A DNA stretch of 64,000 nucleotides from Asterias rubens (taxonomy: Eukaryota): the NCBI RefSeq assembly GCF_902459465.1, contig NC_047062.1, forward strand, positions 14,632,001 to 14,696,000. Reading direction: 5' to 3'. The position numbers and the translations under genes were made by a program. The notes under the pieces were generated by a model. The model was not told the DNA's origin, ran no database searches, and saw only the letters and a list, made by a program, of their open reading frames with translations. Below, one piece after another: positions 1 through 14,400 of this stretch. Numbering within the stretch: position 1 is the first letter of the stretch; each line of letters begins with the position of its first letter.

Positions 1-30
1 CAAAGTAAAATCAAACAGAACAGTGGGCAG
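1..30 (+). CDS. KIF26: Probable 3' end of an upstream KIF26 coding exon (partial, ...QSKIKQNSGQ|)
   Basis: Frame 1 is open from base 1 and ends in CAG|GTAAGT, a consensus donor at 31. The junction is phase 0, matching the phase-0 acceptor of the exon at 24802. Only 10 codons are visible, so no homology is recognisable. Confidence 0.4.
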
Positions 31-295
31 GTAAGTGGTAACATCAATCAAAAACAAAGAAGTAACAAACCAATCCAAGTCTACAAACAATTGAAAGCAT
101 ATCAGGGTTGTTCGGGAACCAGACTAATCCATTGAACTCTGAGCGACAAGGTGTGCATATCAGGAGAAATATGAACTTTTTGTCTTTCAAAAAATATACA
201 ATATTAATGGTGCAGTAAATTGCATTGTGTTTATCTTAGCAGGGGGAGCAAACAAACTGGTATAATAAAACAACAGATGACTAGTATGTACTTAA

Positions 296-357
296 GCTCC
301 CTACTCCGTTAAGGACGGCCGCTCGTCTTTAACAGAAGCCATTTCCGAGGGAAGACT
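296..357. mobile_element. Tiny TTAA-flanked hairpin relic
   Basis: TTAA at 292-295 and 358-361. Internal hairpin gttaaggacg-gccgct-cgtctttaac; ends ctccct / agggaag are roughly inverted. Confidence 0.35.
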
Positions 358-3300
358 TTAAGATTCATCATTAAGGGCCTGTGTGATTAATGACCAACAT
401 GAATACGTGGTCCATTGAAGTTTGAAATGCCCTTTGTATCCTTTTTTTTTTTTTTTTTTTACACATTTGTTTTGCTTTGGCTGTTGTTGTGGGTGTTTTT
501 TCTTCTTTCTTTTCTTGGAGTGTGTGAATGGGCGTCTTGTTGTGGTTGACGAACCTTGGGAAACGTGCTGGGTCTGTAGCATTAGAGATTTGGCATTTGT
601 GTGTTGATGAATTTGTTGGGTGTGCATTATGCATGTCCATGTTATGGTATTGTGTGCGTAGTGTGTCAGCTACACTCAGACACCTGTATTGATACCGCCG
701 ATTTAATAGTTTGCTCCAAATATATTATTTGTTATCAGATGGGAACGTGTCTTTTCATTGATTTTTTTTTTTTCATTTTCCAAGTCTCAGGTATTATTAT
801 TATTGTTATTTTTATTTTACTCAAATCTTTAGCTACATGTGTTAACTTTGATTGTAGAGATTCTTTAGGGAGGTCATCAAAGTGCTCTCTTATTGTTGTG
901 GTTAACTCTAGTTCCATCAGATCAACTTCACAGCTGCTTGCTATTTCAAACCTTTTTTTAAATTAAATTGTACATAGTTTCATTGATTTGTCCTTTTCCT
1001 TTTGATGGAACTCTAAAAGACCAAGGAAGAACAAACAAAAGATGCCAAAAACAATGACACTAATTAGGGCCTCTGCTTTTTTAAATGTTTTTTTAATATA
1101 TTTGTTAACCCTCATCTCACTTTAAAGGTATTTACAAAATTACAAAGTCATGTTTTTGTTTACATAGATGAATCAGTATTTTCTTTCCATAAATAACAGC
1201 AGACTTGTTGAATTACAAGCATTTTATAGTTGTCATTTATGTTTTTTCCTGAAGTAAATGATTCCTTCAGTAAAATTGTGATCTGTTTTCATTGCACTGC
1301 TAACGCTTGGTCGAGGTACAACTTCTAAATTTGTTTTTAATATTATCACTGTTCCATAAATACACCTTGTCTGTAATCATTTATTAAATAAGGTTTATAG
1401 TTAACATAACAAAAAGGTAAAGCTTAAAAAAGAGTTAATTTTTGAACTTCCTCCGTAACAGGAGGATATCCATCAGCGTGGAATGGGCAGTTTACGGAAT
1501 AACTAGCACTCCATGTTTGATTCAGTTAAGAAAATATTTGCCCTGTCTCCACAAGCCGCCCACTTAGGGTTGTGTACTTGTGTATCGGGTATCCTGCCTT
1601 AATGATTCATCTATGGCAATTTGGGCCATAATGAGGGTAGTCCAAAAAATACACTGCAGTTGTATTGTAGCGTTGGAGACTTCCCATGATTCGTTGTTTC
1701 AACTTTGAATGTGAACAAATGTCAAAGAGTAACTAGCAGGGAGAATTTGAGCTGCTTGTTAGTTTTGTTTGTAGTCCATAACACAGTTGAAAGACCACTT
1801 GGATACTACTAATGCTCCATTTAAATTTTATATGGAATTAGAGATTGTGTCGTAAAGAATGTAAAGAATCAGTTGATTTGATTTTTTGGGGACTCCCTTG
1901 TCAAAACAGGGACAGTTTATATGATTTCTATTAATGACTTTCATTCCATTCATTTGCTATTTCGGATGTTTTGTATCAGTCTCACTGACCTTGTGTCTTT
2001 GGAATTGGCTCAAGTTTTATGTATATTTTTGTTTATATAAAGAAGTAAGCGAATCCAATCATCAGCCCTGGGTATCATTTTCATTATTGTCAGAAGTTAT
2101 GAAACCAAAGTCTTGCACTCCTACTGTATAGCTTTCATTCAACTTGGTGATAATATCAGTCATTTTGTCTTAGGTTGTCCAAAGAACACAGGCTCGTCTC
2201 TTTAATTACAGCAGCGCCTCAGTCCTAGTTTGTTGTCAGTTGGGTCTGTTTGATCTCTCATCTAACTTTTCTCATTTGGCATGCAATTCCATATTAGCAT
2301 TGGGCACATTAGTCTTTCACTGCATCAATATTGTCAGCCATTTCCTACTGTATAGCCACTTGTCATTTGTCTTCCTTTCCCCCCTCCTTTATTGTGCACC
2401 GTTTCCTAGTGAGTTTGGATAGCCGCCTGGTTTTAATAGCTGCTGCAATCTTGCCTGCTTAGGGCAGAATTAAAATCATCCTCAGTGTCTTGATACTGGT
2501 GTTCTTTTCAATGAACTACAATGTACATGTGTACTGTACTGCAAACACGCACACACCAGCACAGTGTGCTGGAGAGAGCTGAGCATCATCGCTCTCTCAG
2601 TATAGCCAATAGTATCGTGAGGAAGCTACCATTATTATTCCTGTCACTTCACGGGGTAGTTCTAAACAGACTTTCTTGGAGGGTGAACTATTGCCACTAT
2701 TAAACCATGACAATGTTTTCATGTGCTGTGTTTTAATACATTCTGAAGATGACATGGCCTGCGACTAAGACTGTGGATTATTAAATAGGCATCCAGCAGG
2801 GGCACATTCTCTAAACATAAGACGCAAATACTTAAATTAATTCGCTATTATTCTAATGCCTTGCAACCACTGCCAGTGGTCTGGAGTATATAGCAGCTGC
2901 CTTGTGTGCGTGTACAATGGATCAGACCTCCTCTCTTAATGCTTCAATGTGCTTGTGAGAAAAGACCTGAGTTGTAATTGCTGACAATAGTTTGTGCAGA
3001 CCAATAGAGGCATGGAGACAGTACAGATGATGAGATAGAACGATAGTCATCAGACTTTGGAGCCAACCAGAGGACAGCGGAGTTAAGACGATGACAGGAA
3101 GGAGAAGTTGATGTTAGGACGCATTCAGTCCTCTGTGCATGGATAGACGCGCTGTTTCTCTCTGTGTCAACATAACAAAAAACTGCTCCCGAGTTTTTGT
3201 TTGAAGCTCGCAAGTTGGATTTGATCATTAAACGTGCACCGACATCAAGGATGTGGTTCTCTGTGGATGTTGCCCCTCATCTTTGAGTGGAGATTTTGAT

Positions 3301-6221
3301 GTTAAACAAAAAAGTGTAAACTTTTTTTACTGCTATTTTTCATGGAGCTAGGGAGTCGACACTGACAACAAAAAAGAGTTTGGTTTATCTCCCTGTCTAT
3401 CACTGCTTGTCACCTTGGGTGCGCCTGGGGGATTGCCAATTTGTCTATTACACCCCTGAATACAAGGGGTCAATGCCTGCAAGTGGATCACAAAATCTAC
3501 ACGCTGCTCACCAGGATGTACTATTCATCACAACTGAATAAAACAACTTTGTCAATAACTTGAAGTTGTTTCTTTCAAAGAGAGAGAGAGAGCGTGACCA
3601 GAATTGGAAGCTGTGGCTGGGAGACATAATACCAAAGAAGAAGAGAAAATTGTGGCAGATTTCAGCTTGGGGACCTTCATGTAGTAGGGTTGGCTGCCCA
3701 CGTTGATAGTTTGGTTCCTATCTAAAGCTTGGATCTAGAATTTCAGCAGGTATGGATCTGTATCTACGCAGCCTCCCTGACCATCATCCACTGGTAAGTG
3801 TCATCAGTGTGGGCTGAGGAAGAAGATTGGGGGGGGGGGGGCTGTTTACCTTTTACACTCCAGTCTGGCAGGTGTCTGTACTATGATTTATTAGAAATAT
3901 GATGCATTTACAGATAATTCATTTCATTTCCAGTAGGAAATGACTAGGTTTGATTGGATGTTTGTAGAATAGCCTTTTTGATGGGATACTTGTGAGTATA
4001 TAAACAGGAGAAATGTGCGAAGTGTGTTGGTTCTGAAAAAATGTTTTGGCTCAATGACCCTGAAAATTCTTCATGTGGTTAAATCATCTAATACATTCAA
4101 AAACAACCAAAATGAGATCGGAATAACAAAGCTATTTTTCAAATTAAGTTGTTGATTCTATGATTTATTGGAATTAAGTCAAGTCACTGGAGTCCCAGTT
4201 TGTGGTTATTAATCCCAATAATGTAATCAAGGAAGATGACAAAGCATTGTTGTCATTGCTTCTGTTGTCCTGTTTGAAATGTCATGTCAATTGATCATAT
4301 TCTGCCCCCATATAAGTGTGTTATTTTAGTCTAATGAGCCTCTACTTGAGTCACCCACTGCATTAAAAAGCTATGCACAGTACTGAACAAAATAAAATAG
4401 GGCATATAAATTGTATAAGACCATCTCTTCAATTCGGTTGAGCTACAAAAAGATGATTTTTTCCGTTATCAGAATTTAGGCCTAGAAACAGTTGGGTATG
4501 GCTTTACTTCTTAAATAATTGCTGATTGTACTCAAAGTCTTAGTGGCTTAACAACCCAGATGTGAGGTAACTTAAGTCGTCTCTAGAATGACGAAGATGG
4601 TTCCTGTAGCCCCCCCCCCCCACTACACTACAGGACCCAGCCTTAATACATAAGATAAATGGCAAAAGTAATTGTTAGAACTTGATTGAATTTAAGAAAG
4701 ACACCGGATAAAGAGTCTGTGGTAACTTCTTTGTTTCCATTCCTGAAACTCGGATGGTGGTCCATTTACTTTAAGCGTAACATATATTACCCCCTGCCGT
4801 TCATTAACCCACAACTTATTGCTCTAATGCATTATGTCAGGCTGCAGTTAGTAGACTTTGAAATATGCTGAATGGCCCATTTAGCTCAAATTTACTGGCA
4901 AAATTTGTACGAGTGAGTGAAATGCCTAACAAAACAACCGTAGTCCCAGGTCTCTCCACTCTGCAAGTCCAGTGTAGGAGGACCTGAGTATTTGCATGGT
5001 AAGACAATGGTGTCTCTCACGCACTGATGGACTAGAGACTCGTCTCACTTCAGGATTATCTGAGTGTTTTCCATTGATATTGATACCAGTACAAGCTCAG
5101 ATGTATAGCCCGACTTTTCACCAAACATAAAAGGTGGGATTAAACATAAAAAAAAAACCACTGTCCAGTCAGTGACAACAAGGTTAGCCAAGGATTTCGG
5201 TCCTACATACCAGGGATTAATATTCACTCTGAATGGGGTTAATCGTCAGAAACAGTCACAACAGAAAAAGAAACGATCCGTCTTGGGAATCTAGCGGCAC
5301 TGACCACCCATAACTGCCCTGTGTAAGAATTAAAGGAGATTTTTCTCAGGTTTTGTTTTGATGAGGAAAAGAGAGGGAGTGGGGTTAACTTAAAAGCTTC
5401 AAATACTCTGCCAATTTAATGCTTCAGTACAAATTGTCACAATTTGGCTGCTGCAAATCAATCATACTGAACAATAGCTTGTATGAGGAATATTTAGTCG
5501 GCAAATGGCCTGTACAATTTATTGAGTTTTATGGATAACAGAGCCTGGACTCTGTACTTGAACAAACCGGGAATAGCTTGTGTACCATTACATGTTTGAT
5601 GTGGCCTGTGCGCAAACACAATGGGTTAATTTTTAAAACTACCTACATAAAACTTTCAAATTTTGATACAGTGGGGGAACAAAAAAGCAATGGGTGATGT
5701 ATTTTGAGGTCACTGGTGTACACTACATGGCCTTGGGTTGACTGAGGTTGTTGAAATGGATCTTCCGTATTGATATCACTGGATGGTTAAAAGGGCTGTT
5801 TGAGAGTGTCGGTAGCCCTCAAAGAGGAAACGGAGGTTATCAAAAGGGCATAATATTGGGTGGAATTGAGTCCCATCTGTTAAAGTGTCCACAAGGATTG
5901 CTTTCCACATCTATCCTAGTTCACTGTCCTCAATGCAAACTTGCTTTCAATACTTGCCGTTCTAAATTGCTGCATTGTGCAACTCGAAACTGATATTATT
6001 GACGATAGCGATTGATATTATGTTTGGGGCCGCGGTTGTTGCACGGCGGCCGGCCGCTGTTGCGGGCGGTGTTGTTGTCTGTGTGTAACCGCTGGACCCG
6101 ATCATCGATGAGGTAATCGTGTCACCTTGGGTCGTGCGTTCCCCCTACACATCCTTCAAGATGCATTTGTCTCTTTGCTCACTAGCCCTGAATTGCATTA
6201 TGTAGGCATGCCTTAACAGAG

Positions 6222-6247
6222 CTCTCTCTCTCTCTCTCTCTCTCTCT
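6222..6247 (+). repeat. (CT)n microsatellite
   Basis: Read directly. Confidence 0.95.
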
Positions 6248-7325
6248 GAGACTCTCTCTGTGTATATCTCTCTTGCACCGCTCTTAAAACCCTGTCACAG
6301 AATTTGTTCACAGATCGGTCTGTGGCGGTGGGCTTCTTTCAAATCCGGCGTCCACACTGTGTAGATTCAATTGAATTTGTGCTGCTAGTATTGATCTCCA
6401 TAAGGTCACACAGGCACACACTGGACCGGGGAATATTGAGTGCTGCTGTTCCCTGTGATGAAATGAAAATGAAAATAAAAAACTGAGTCATCAAAATTTG
6501 ACAAAATGGAACATGATTATTTTTTTCCCTACCGACATTCTTCTTTGTATTTCTTTTCAGAATTCAACAGTATGGCATTCTGGGGTGGTTGACCCAATTG
6601 TCTGCAATGCCATCTTGTTTTCAATTTTGTTTATCAATTGACACAGTTTCCATGCTATAAAACAAAATTTTAAAGTATTTTGTTTAGGTGCCCCAGAAAA
6701 CCTTCTGTAAAAAGCATCTTCTTAAAATGGTAAGCAACAATAATGTTATTTGATTTAGCGGCATTCCTTGAGTGTAGATATGACAGCTGGGAGTGATATA
6801 AAGTGATGCATAGTAATCAATATTGCCATACGATACATAATTTCACTTAGAGATATATCAAGGTTGCCTCATCATATGAAAGACGAAGATGACCGCCCTT
6901 AGAAGCGAGCTCTGCGTTGCTTCGTTTTTATGTCATCCGAGCCGGGTGTCTTGAATTACATCTTGAAAACCCTGTTACCAGACTATAAAGTCGCTCAATC
7001 TCTGCCCAGTTATCTACTGTTGCTTAGCGGAGTCTGGAAGAGTTAGGTAGTGTGCTGAAGACCCGGGGCATGTCTTGGAATTTTGGGCAAGAAGGAGGAC
7101 AAAATACTTGGAATGGATTTCACCAATTGTAGATGTTGGTTGTGCATGATGAAACATGTGTTTGCAAATAAATGTTTAGTCAACTTTTGTTTGTTTGTGT
7201 TTTCCTTTCTTTCTTTATATATCTTTTGTTTGTCAATGTAGCACCATGAGAGCTACTCCAATACCAGGTTTTATTTATACAAATGTGGAAATCAACAACA
7301 AAACTTTCATATACTTTTTTTTTAA

Positions 7326-7521
7326 GGGAAGGTACATCTGGTAATTACTCAAAACAAATATTAACTTAAAAGGGACTTGGTAACGAGCATTGGAGAGCTG
7401 TCTCCCAACTCCGATGACGAATTGATCTGAAATTTTCACAGGTTTGTTATTTGAAGCATATGTTGAGATACACCACATGAGAAGACTGATCTTTGAAAAT
7501 TACTAATAGTGTACCTTCCCT
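7326..7521. mobile_element. Non-autonomous TTAA-flanked element (Kolobok-like)
   Basis: TTAA|gggaaggtacatctggtaatt ... aattactaatagtgtaccttccct|TTAA, with TTAA at 7322-25 and 7522-25. Confidence 0.75.
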
Positions 7522-7525
7522 TTAA

Positions 7526-7700
7526 AGGGACACAGTGCCTTGGATCGGGCACCCTTGGCTGTAAAAAGCATTTGTTATGCTATCAATATGGTCGGACACA
7601 TGTTTTTAAAGTAGAATACAAACATCCATGCAAATATAAATCAACAAATATTTTTCATCAAATTAAAAAGAATTTGTTTGATGCATTTCGCATCATCATA
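7526..7700. mobile_element. Probable 5' part of a second TTAA|AGG-type element
   Basis: TTAA|agggacacagtgccttggatcgg begins at the TTAA shared with the previous element. No right end is recognisable, so the end coordinate is approximate. Confidence 0.45.
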
Positions 7701-10700
7701 TTTTGGATGTTGGTGAATGTTTTTTTTTTACATTATTAAATTAAATCATGGTTACTTTAAAAGCATAAATTAAATGATGTTTGTTATGAATGTTAGTGGA
7801 CTTTGTAATGTTCTAACATTGATTGTAGTTGGATGTTACTGTAATGGTTTTGGCTGGGGACTTTCATGTAAATCATCAAATTTCCAAGAAACATGACTAA
7901 TCAGCAACCTGTTAAATCTTTAACAGGTGCTTTGTATAAATGAGTGAATAAATGAATGAACGTGTTTTGCCCAAAAAAAAAAAAAAAAAAAAAAAGGTTC
8001 AGACTCTTGTAAAGTGGGCCTTAAAGTATAAACAAAATAACTTAAATTTGTTTTCACCTCCCCCCATTCCTGATGATCATGTTTCAAGTAAAATTATGTT
8101 CAATGACATTGGCACAGATTGCTTTGAAATGTTTTCAAAGCCGCTGTGATAAAAAGTAATAAAGACTAGCCAAAATGTGAAATCAAATCAAATATTTTAA
8201 ATGTTCTTGTTCAATAACTTGTTCATATTTAAAGCGGAGTGTGGCTCATCTGTAAAGCGGAAGTGGCGCTGTAGATGTGTTTTTCCACAGTATTTTAAGC
8301 CGCAGAGTTGTCTGAGAATTGAATTCCTAATAAAAGAGAAGATTTTCAAATGATGATTCAGTGCCTAGGTTGCTCAGTGACTTGACGATAATGCGCCACT
8401 GTCTACTCAAAAGTGTCGCAATTGGCTTGGGTTTCATTGTGCCCTCTCTGGTTTCAACTGAGGGTGACTCTAAACGTAACTGGGCAGTACGCTCGCCTAC
8501 GGGCTGTTTGCATTAGCAAAATTGGTATTGAACCATGAAGTGTGAAGCACGCATGGAAAGGGGATATTCCGGCCTCCCCGAACTTGAACCGTATCGATGA
8601 AGAGGGACCATTAGGGCAACGTTAACCTACTCTAGTGTTGGGTGGTGTCTTTGCTCAGCGTTCTGAGACAGGATTACAGATGTTCCTTTGGCACTGGATG
8701 AGCCTGACTTCCGGGGATTATCTTTCTTGTGGTGGTGTTGAGGCGAGACAAGGGTAGGGTTGGAGGATCTCCTCGAGTCGGTCGGGCGGGAGGTGATAGC
8801 CATGTTTAGAATGCCGGCCCTTGGTTTAATTTTGAGTTTGCGATTGTCGGTTTACTTTGCAGGGGATTTGTCTGTCTGAATCTGGAGAATGCTTGTTTTC
8901 TCGATGTGGCAGACACTCAAACTAACAATACGAGATAAGGTTACACTTTGCCATTTGTGACATTGAAATGAATAAACTACAAATGACAATAGCGTCTGTA
9001 TAGATAACTTACATGGTAAACATTAAAATCGACTGTTTTCAAACAACAACAACATGTTCTTGGAAGGAATTCTTTGTTGTTCGTTTCTGTTTGAATTCAC
9101 CCGTACTCTTTCACTTTCATGTAAAAAAAGCCTCACAAATATAATGGGACAAGGCAAATTTTAAAATCAATTCCCATTGTAAATATTTCCTTTATAAAAA
9201 GGAGGACAGATTGAGAAATGATATAATAATTAATAACCATGGAATAGTCTTGATAGCAAAGGGACGATATATTTATCAATGAAAAGTGGCCCCCAAAAAA
9301 TATTTTATGAATCATTGATGAATAAAGGTAAAAAACAAAACAACATACAGTTTTGTTCAATTAAAATCAGAGAAAGTAACTGATCAGCAAACTGTGATTC
9401 CTAAACATTTTAACAAATTAAAATAGAATCCATTTTATTGTATTGCACTGTTTGTTTGAGTGTCAAAAGGCTTCAACACTGACCAGCATTACAATACATT
9501 GAATCTTAAGATCCAACAAATTATTCCTTTGATCGGTGGCCTGAGATTTCTGTTTTTAAGTGGTCGGTTGGCAACTGGGCCACTTTGAAGTACTTGAATG
9601 TACTAATAAAATACTTACATGAGCCATGAACACTTGATTGATATAATAAAAGTCCTTCACACTCTGGTCTCTAATTACAAACCGATGTATAGGGGAGGCC
9701 TTTGCAATATGCATGTGTGACCTGTTGTGGGGGCTGTAACACGAACACACACAATCACCCTACACACAAGCAAGTCAACTTGTTATGTAACACCAGGGTA
9801 TCTGTATAATTAAAGAGTAATTATTGAAAGATGATGATAATAAAGAGCGAAATCAATATCGGATTAGCTCTTGCCAAAACATTCTTGAAGTGAAAGGAGC
9901 CATCTGGCCAGGGCTGGTTTTTAATTGGTCGGATCACCAGGGGAGTAGAGTCAGTTGCAGAACCCCTCAATCCGCCCAGTTCGCACCCCTCTAATCTCGT
10001 TATAGTCGCTCTAGTTAAGCCTCAGATAAAAGAAACGATCAGACAGCACTTAAAGGGTGAATGAAGTCAATGCCTTGGCAATTATTTGCAAAGGTTTCAT
10101 AGTGGTGTATGTGCCCCACTGAAATCAATTATTCAACAATCGAAGTTGGCCATTATGAGACCACATTAAGCTTAATTGAGTTCAATGTTTAATTGAAAGT
10201 CTTTCAGGGCGCCTTCCAAATCTTTTCTTAAAATGCTTCAACCATCTTTGTATCGTTCCCTGTAGTCAACAGCCTTATAAATAACTGGTTCTCATTGCAC
10301 TAGAGCGGGACCAGACTGTTTTCTGTGGGTCTCTGGTTTAGTTTCATTAGTGTCAATGACATGTGAAGGTCTTTAGCCATTATTGGTTTTGATAATCAAG
10401 TGAAGAAACAAAAGACAAAGCTTAAAAGCAATGAACTGACAGCTGAAATATCCACATTTTTTTAAAGAGAATTTTCTGCATGATAATGTGTGACAAAATG
10501 AACTATGAATGTTAAAAACTTGGATTCTCATCTCATCCTTAACACAACCATGATACATTTTGGTTTTCACCTTGTTCACTGAAACTAATTAGTAATGGAA
10601 TTATGGATTATTTTAAAAGCAGTTTAACAATAGTGTTGCATACTGGCTGCATATAACTCAATAGACGAGAACAACCTATTCTTTTCTGTCAGCAGTGTTT

Positions 10701-11441
10701 CCAGGTAACATGATATTGCCTGCGTAAATTGGATAACAATATCCACACGTGCAATAGCAAAATTAAATCACTTCAGTAACCAGTTATTTGAGTAATATCA
10801 GTTTTCCTTTTAAAAGGTTTCTGGAGAAAAACATTCTTTGTAACATTTTTCTCTTGAATCGATGCTGAGAAGTGGTCATGAATATTTCAGGTCTGTGGTT
10901 TCATTGCAAACTTGATACTCTGAATAGCAAAACGTGTGTGTCCAACAACATGGGGGATTGGGGGTTAACTTTCCTCATCACACCAGAGTCAAAGCAAACA
11001 GCCCCATTGTGGCAGAGTCTTGTACTATCTTTCACAGCTTGCAGTTAAGTTTCCTCTTGAGGCTGAATGCTCCTGCCAACAGTCTATCATGGGGTGAGGA
11101 GGAATGAATGGCGTTGACCAGTTTCTGGTTTTACAACACCTTTGTGTATAACGATTGTTGACAGGGGCTCCTGATGTGAGAGCTGAGGGTGGAGGGCTAA
11201 TAATTCCACTGTTGTCTTGTGGTTATTTCTTAGTCCAATTTTTGCCACTGATCAAACACAATGACCTTTGTTATGTGAAGTGTGTGGGCCAGAAAGCCTT
11301 TGATTGACAGGCGTGAAATTCATTGATTAGGTTTCCAGGATGATGATGAAGGGACCCCCATACATCAAGCCCTGAATTCAGAAGTCTACTCATAGCAGTG
11401 ACTTTCTCTCGAGTCCAGTTCCTGTTAAGCTCATGAGCATG

Positions 11442-11462
11442 GTGTGTGTGTGTGTGTGTGTG
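11442..11462 (+). repeat. (GT)n microsatellite
   Basis: Read directly. Confidence 0.9.
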
Positions 11463-14400
11463 ATTCTGTGTGGATTACTCACTGAGCACTTGACCATGAG
11501 TGAATTGACATGTCTTCATCTGCAGACGCTAAACCATGAGTCTACTACCACCTCTGATGGATACTATTGATGTTACCATGGATCCCTAGCTTACGTATCA
11601 TTGGCAAACCTTTTGTCTATCTGTCTCATGGTTAACTAATTCACTGAAACAGCTCTGTGGAGTCTGTGTGTCCATTGTGCATCTGTTGACAGTTTTGGAG
11701 CTCTGCATTTATGCCACACTCCCATTTGGTGCCTATGAAACTTGAAGTAATGCGCAGAAAGCTGTTCTTCCATCATCTGGTCTACTAAACTGACATTGAC
11801 AAGGATTTAACAACTGAGAGCAGGGAATTGCCGAATTGAGCTGAATTGGGAAGTTGTAAAGCATTGACAACTGATTCTTGTTGACAAACAACCCGATGGC
11901 TTTTGTTAACCAAGCGTTTTTACACAGAGGAAATTAATTACCTTTCTTTCTGATTTATTTGGAATTTATTGTTGGGATCTGTATTTCACCATGTTATCCA
12001 ATAACGCAAGGAGTTCAGTTTCAATGGACAGAGATTCTCAAAGGAGAACGCACATAACGCCCAAGTCAAAGAGATTGATTCAGGTAAAGTATATAGGAGA
12101 AAAAGACCCTAGAGTAAGTTGACAAAAAAACTAACTTGAAAACTGAGGGTCAATAGTCAATTGCTTTTAGGTCAACAAATAGCTATTATATATTACTATC
12201 CCTGCAAGGATTTGCTTTGAACTTTTACATGTAGTTATGAGTTAAATGTTAAATTCTAGGATTTGGAGTAGGACCAATCAAATCTCACTTCAAGTGGTTT
12301 GGCTGGCTAGTTCATGTTGAAAAGCTTCCATATTATTTTGTATGAAATGTGGACTAGAAGATGGTGGACCCAGTGAAATGTCAAACTTACATGGTACCGC
12401 TGACCAGTCACTAGAGAAACTAAGGGCAACTGGTGTTGGGGTTACGGATTTCAGAATTGACCTCACCCGTTGAGTGTTGTTGTTTTTTCTGTAGGGGGTT
12501 TGTTTTCCTTTGATGGCTTTGTTATTTGTTTGGGATCAGATGGAGCAACATCTAAACAGATACTTGGGGGTGTTTTAAGCACTGAAACTATTTTGATCTG
12601 TCTGCATCAATGGAACTGTGCCCTTCTACGGTTCATTAAGATGCTGTAGTGTTGTTCTTGTACTTTGGTTATGCCTCCTTAATATTCAAGAAACAGGCTG
12701 ATCATTGTGTCTGCCAAAAACTAGTCTAAAGACGTGTGCCTTAAGTTGTATCATTTATGCAGTGTGAATCATTGTTAAACAGTCCCATAGCAGACCCCTT
12801 CCTCACTGGTTGGCTTTTTAAGCAGCAGCTTTTCTAAAGCTTCATGCATCTTCATTCATCCCCAGTAATTCCTGATAAAGCACCCATTATGTAGACATGC
12901 ACTTGTGATTATCATGTGGATGTGTGCTCTGGAGATTACTGTGGTAAAACACATATCAGGTCAATAACCCATAGCTTTATTTTACTCTCTGACTATGTGG
13001 TTCGTTTCTTTGGTTGTGTACCAGCATGATGTAGTAAAAACCTGCAGGGACTCTCTATGGCACACGCCCCAACTGTTTTATTTTATAAACTTCCGATTGA
13101 TATTAACAAATAATATCAATATTGATTGTCGAGACACCAAATCGTGTTATTGAATTAAAGTGTGAACAAATTTAAAGCTGTACCATCATAAATTTTGAGA
13201 TAAAATGCACGGTGACAAAGTCTGAGCCAATTAATTTCTATAAAGATCGCAGTTAAACAATTTTTTTTATATTGTTTCCTCAATTGGATTAAAGTGACTT
13301 AACTAAGGCCAGCTGGGTCAATATGATATGAGAAGGTGTATTGTGTCACCTTTTTATGGTCAAACATTTTAAAATTTCTGCGTTGCACCTGAACATGTTC
13401 ATGTCAGCATGTAAATGTTGTGACAGCTTGTTCATCTGTACCCAAATGTTGTCCAGGGTGAGCAACAAAGAACACTCTGAACGTTGCCCGGGGAACTGGC
13501 TGCAAAATAAAATGGTACAAATGGCAGCTTATAGGGTATGAATTGCTGCCCTCGGTTGACCGTAATTAATACCGCTGTATCGCCTCTGGTAAAATGGCCG
13601 TCTACTTCCAAGTTGATTACAAGGACTGCATTATTTGTGCGTCTCTTTTTCAGGGCTTTTAATTTCTTAAGACCTATTGCTGGGTTATACTTAACAATTA
13701 TTTTAACACAATACCCTTGGTGGGTCACTAAGAAAGGATCCCGGACTGGAAGAATGTTTTTGTGTCTACCGAACGGAATTCTGATGAGACTAATGTTACA
13801 AGGAGAAGCAGCAGGTCGTTGTTAATTTTTTAAAAAGGGGGAGCTTTGAAGGTTGGATACACACGCAGTCCACACAAACTCAGACCCACACTGTACCAAT
13901 GAAATGCCTTGCTTTGCTTGTATAATTATCAGGAGTGAATTAAGAAGGCTTAACATTCTTAAAACATAAACTCTGTTTACAGTGCATTGACACTTTTTTG
14001 TTTCCCCAGTGGGACTTGCACTTTTGTAATTAAATGTTGAAGTTCGTGGGCAACAAAACAAATTAAACGTGTATCAAAATCATGTGACACATTATCAAAT
14101 TTGGCAACTTGTAAATCTTGCTGTCAAGTTTATTGACATGATTGAGTATTTGTTGAAATTCATCTGGCATATCACACATGGTGTACCACAACACTGTGGC
14201 TTACAATTAATACTCCCAAGGGGAAAGAGACATTCCATTTAACCAAAATATTAAAGAGTTGCTGTCAGACTGTTTTCTCAATACTATTTTTTCTTCTTCT
14301 TCAGCCCTGTTCATACTTCCTGCAAATGCGAAGTGAATTTTGACGGCACTTGGCTGTTTTTGCAGCGAATGTTTCGCAGGAGTTTAGCACATTTCAACTG

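Noticed and set aside
358-966. Overlapping ORFs near the window start
   Set aside because: Driven by A/T homopolymers and low-complexity sequence.
6541-6640. Strong acceptor-like site ttctttgtatttcttttcag| at 6560
   Set aside because: No matching donor, and no KIF26-like peptide in any frame.
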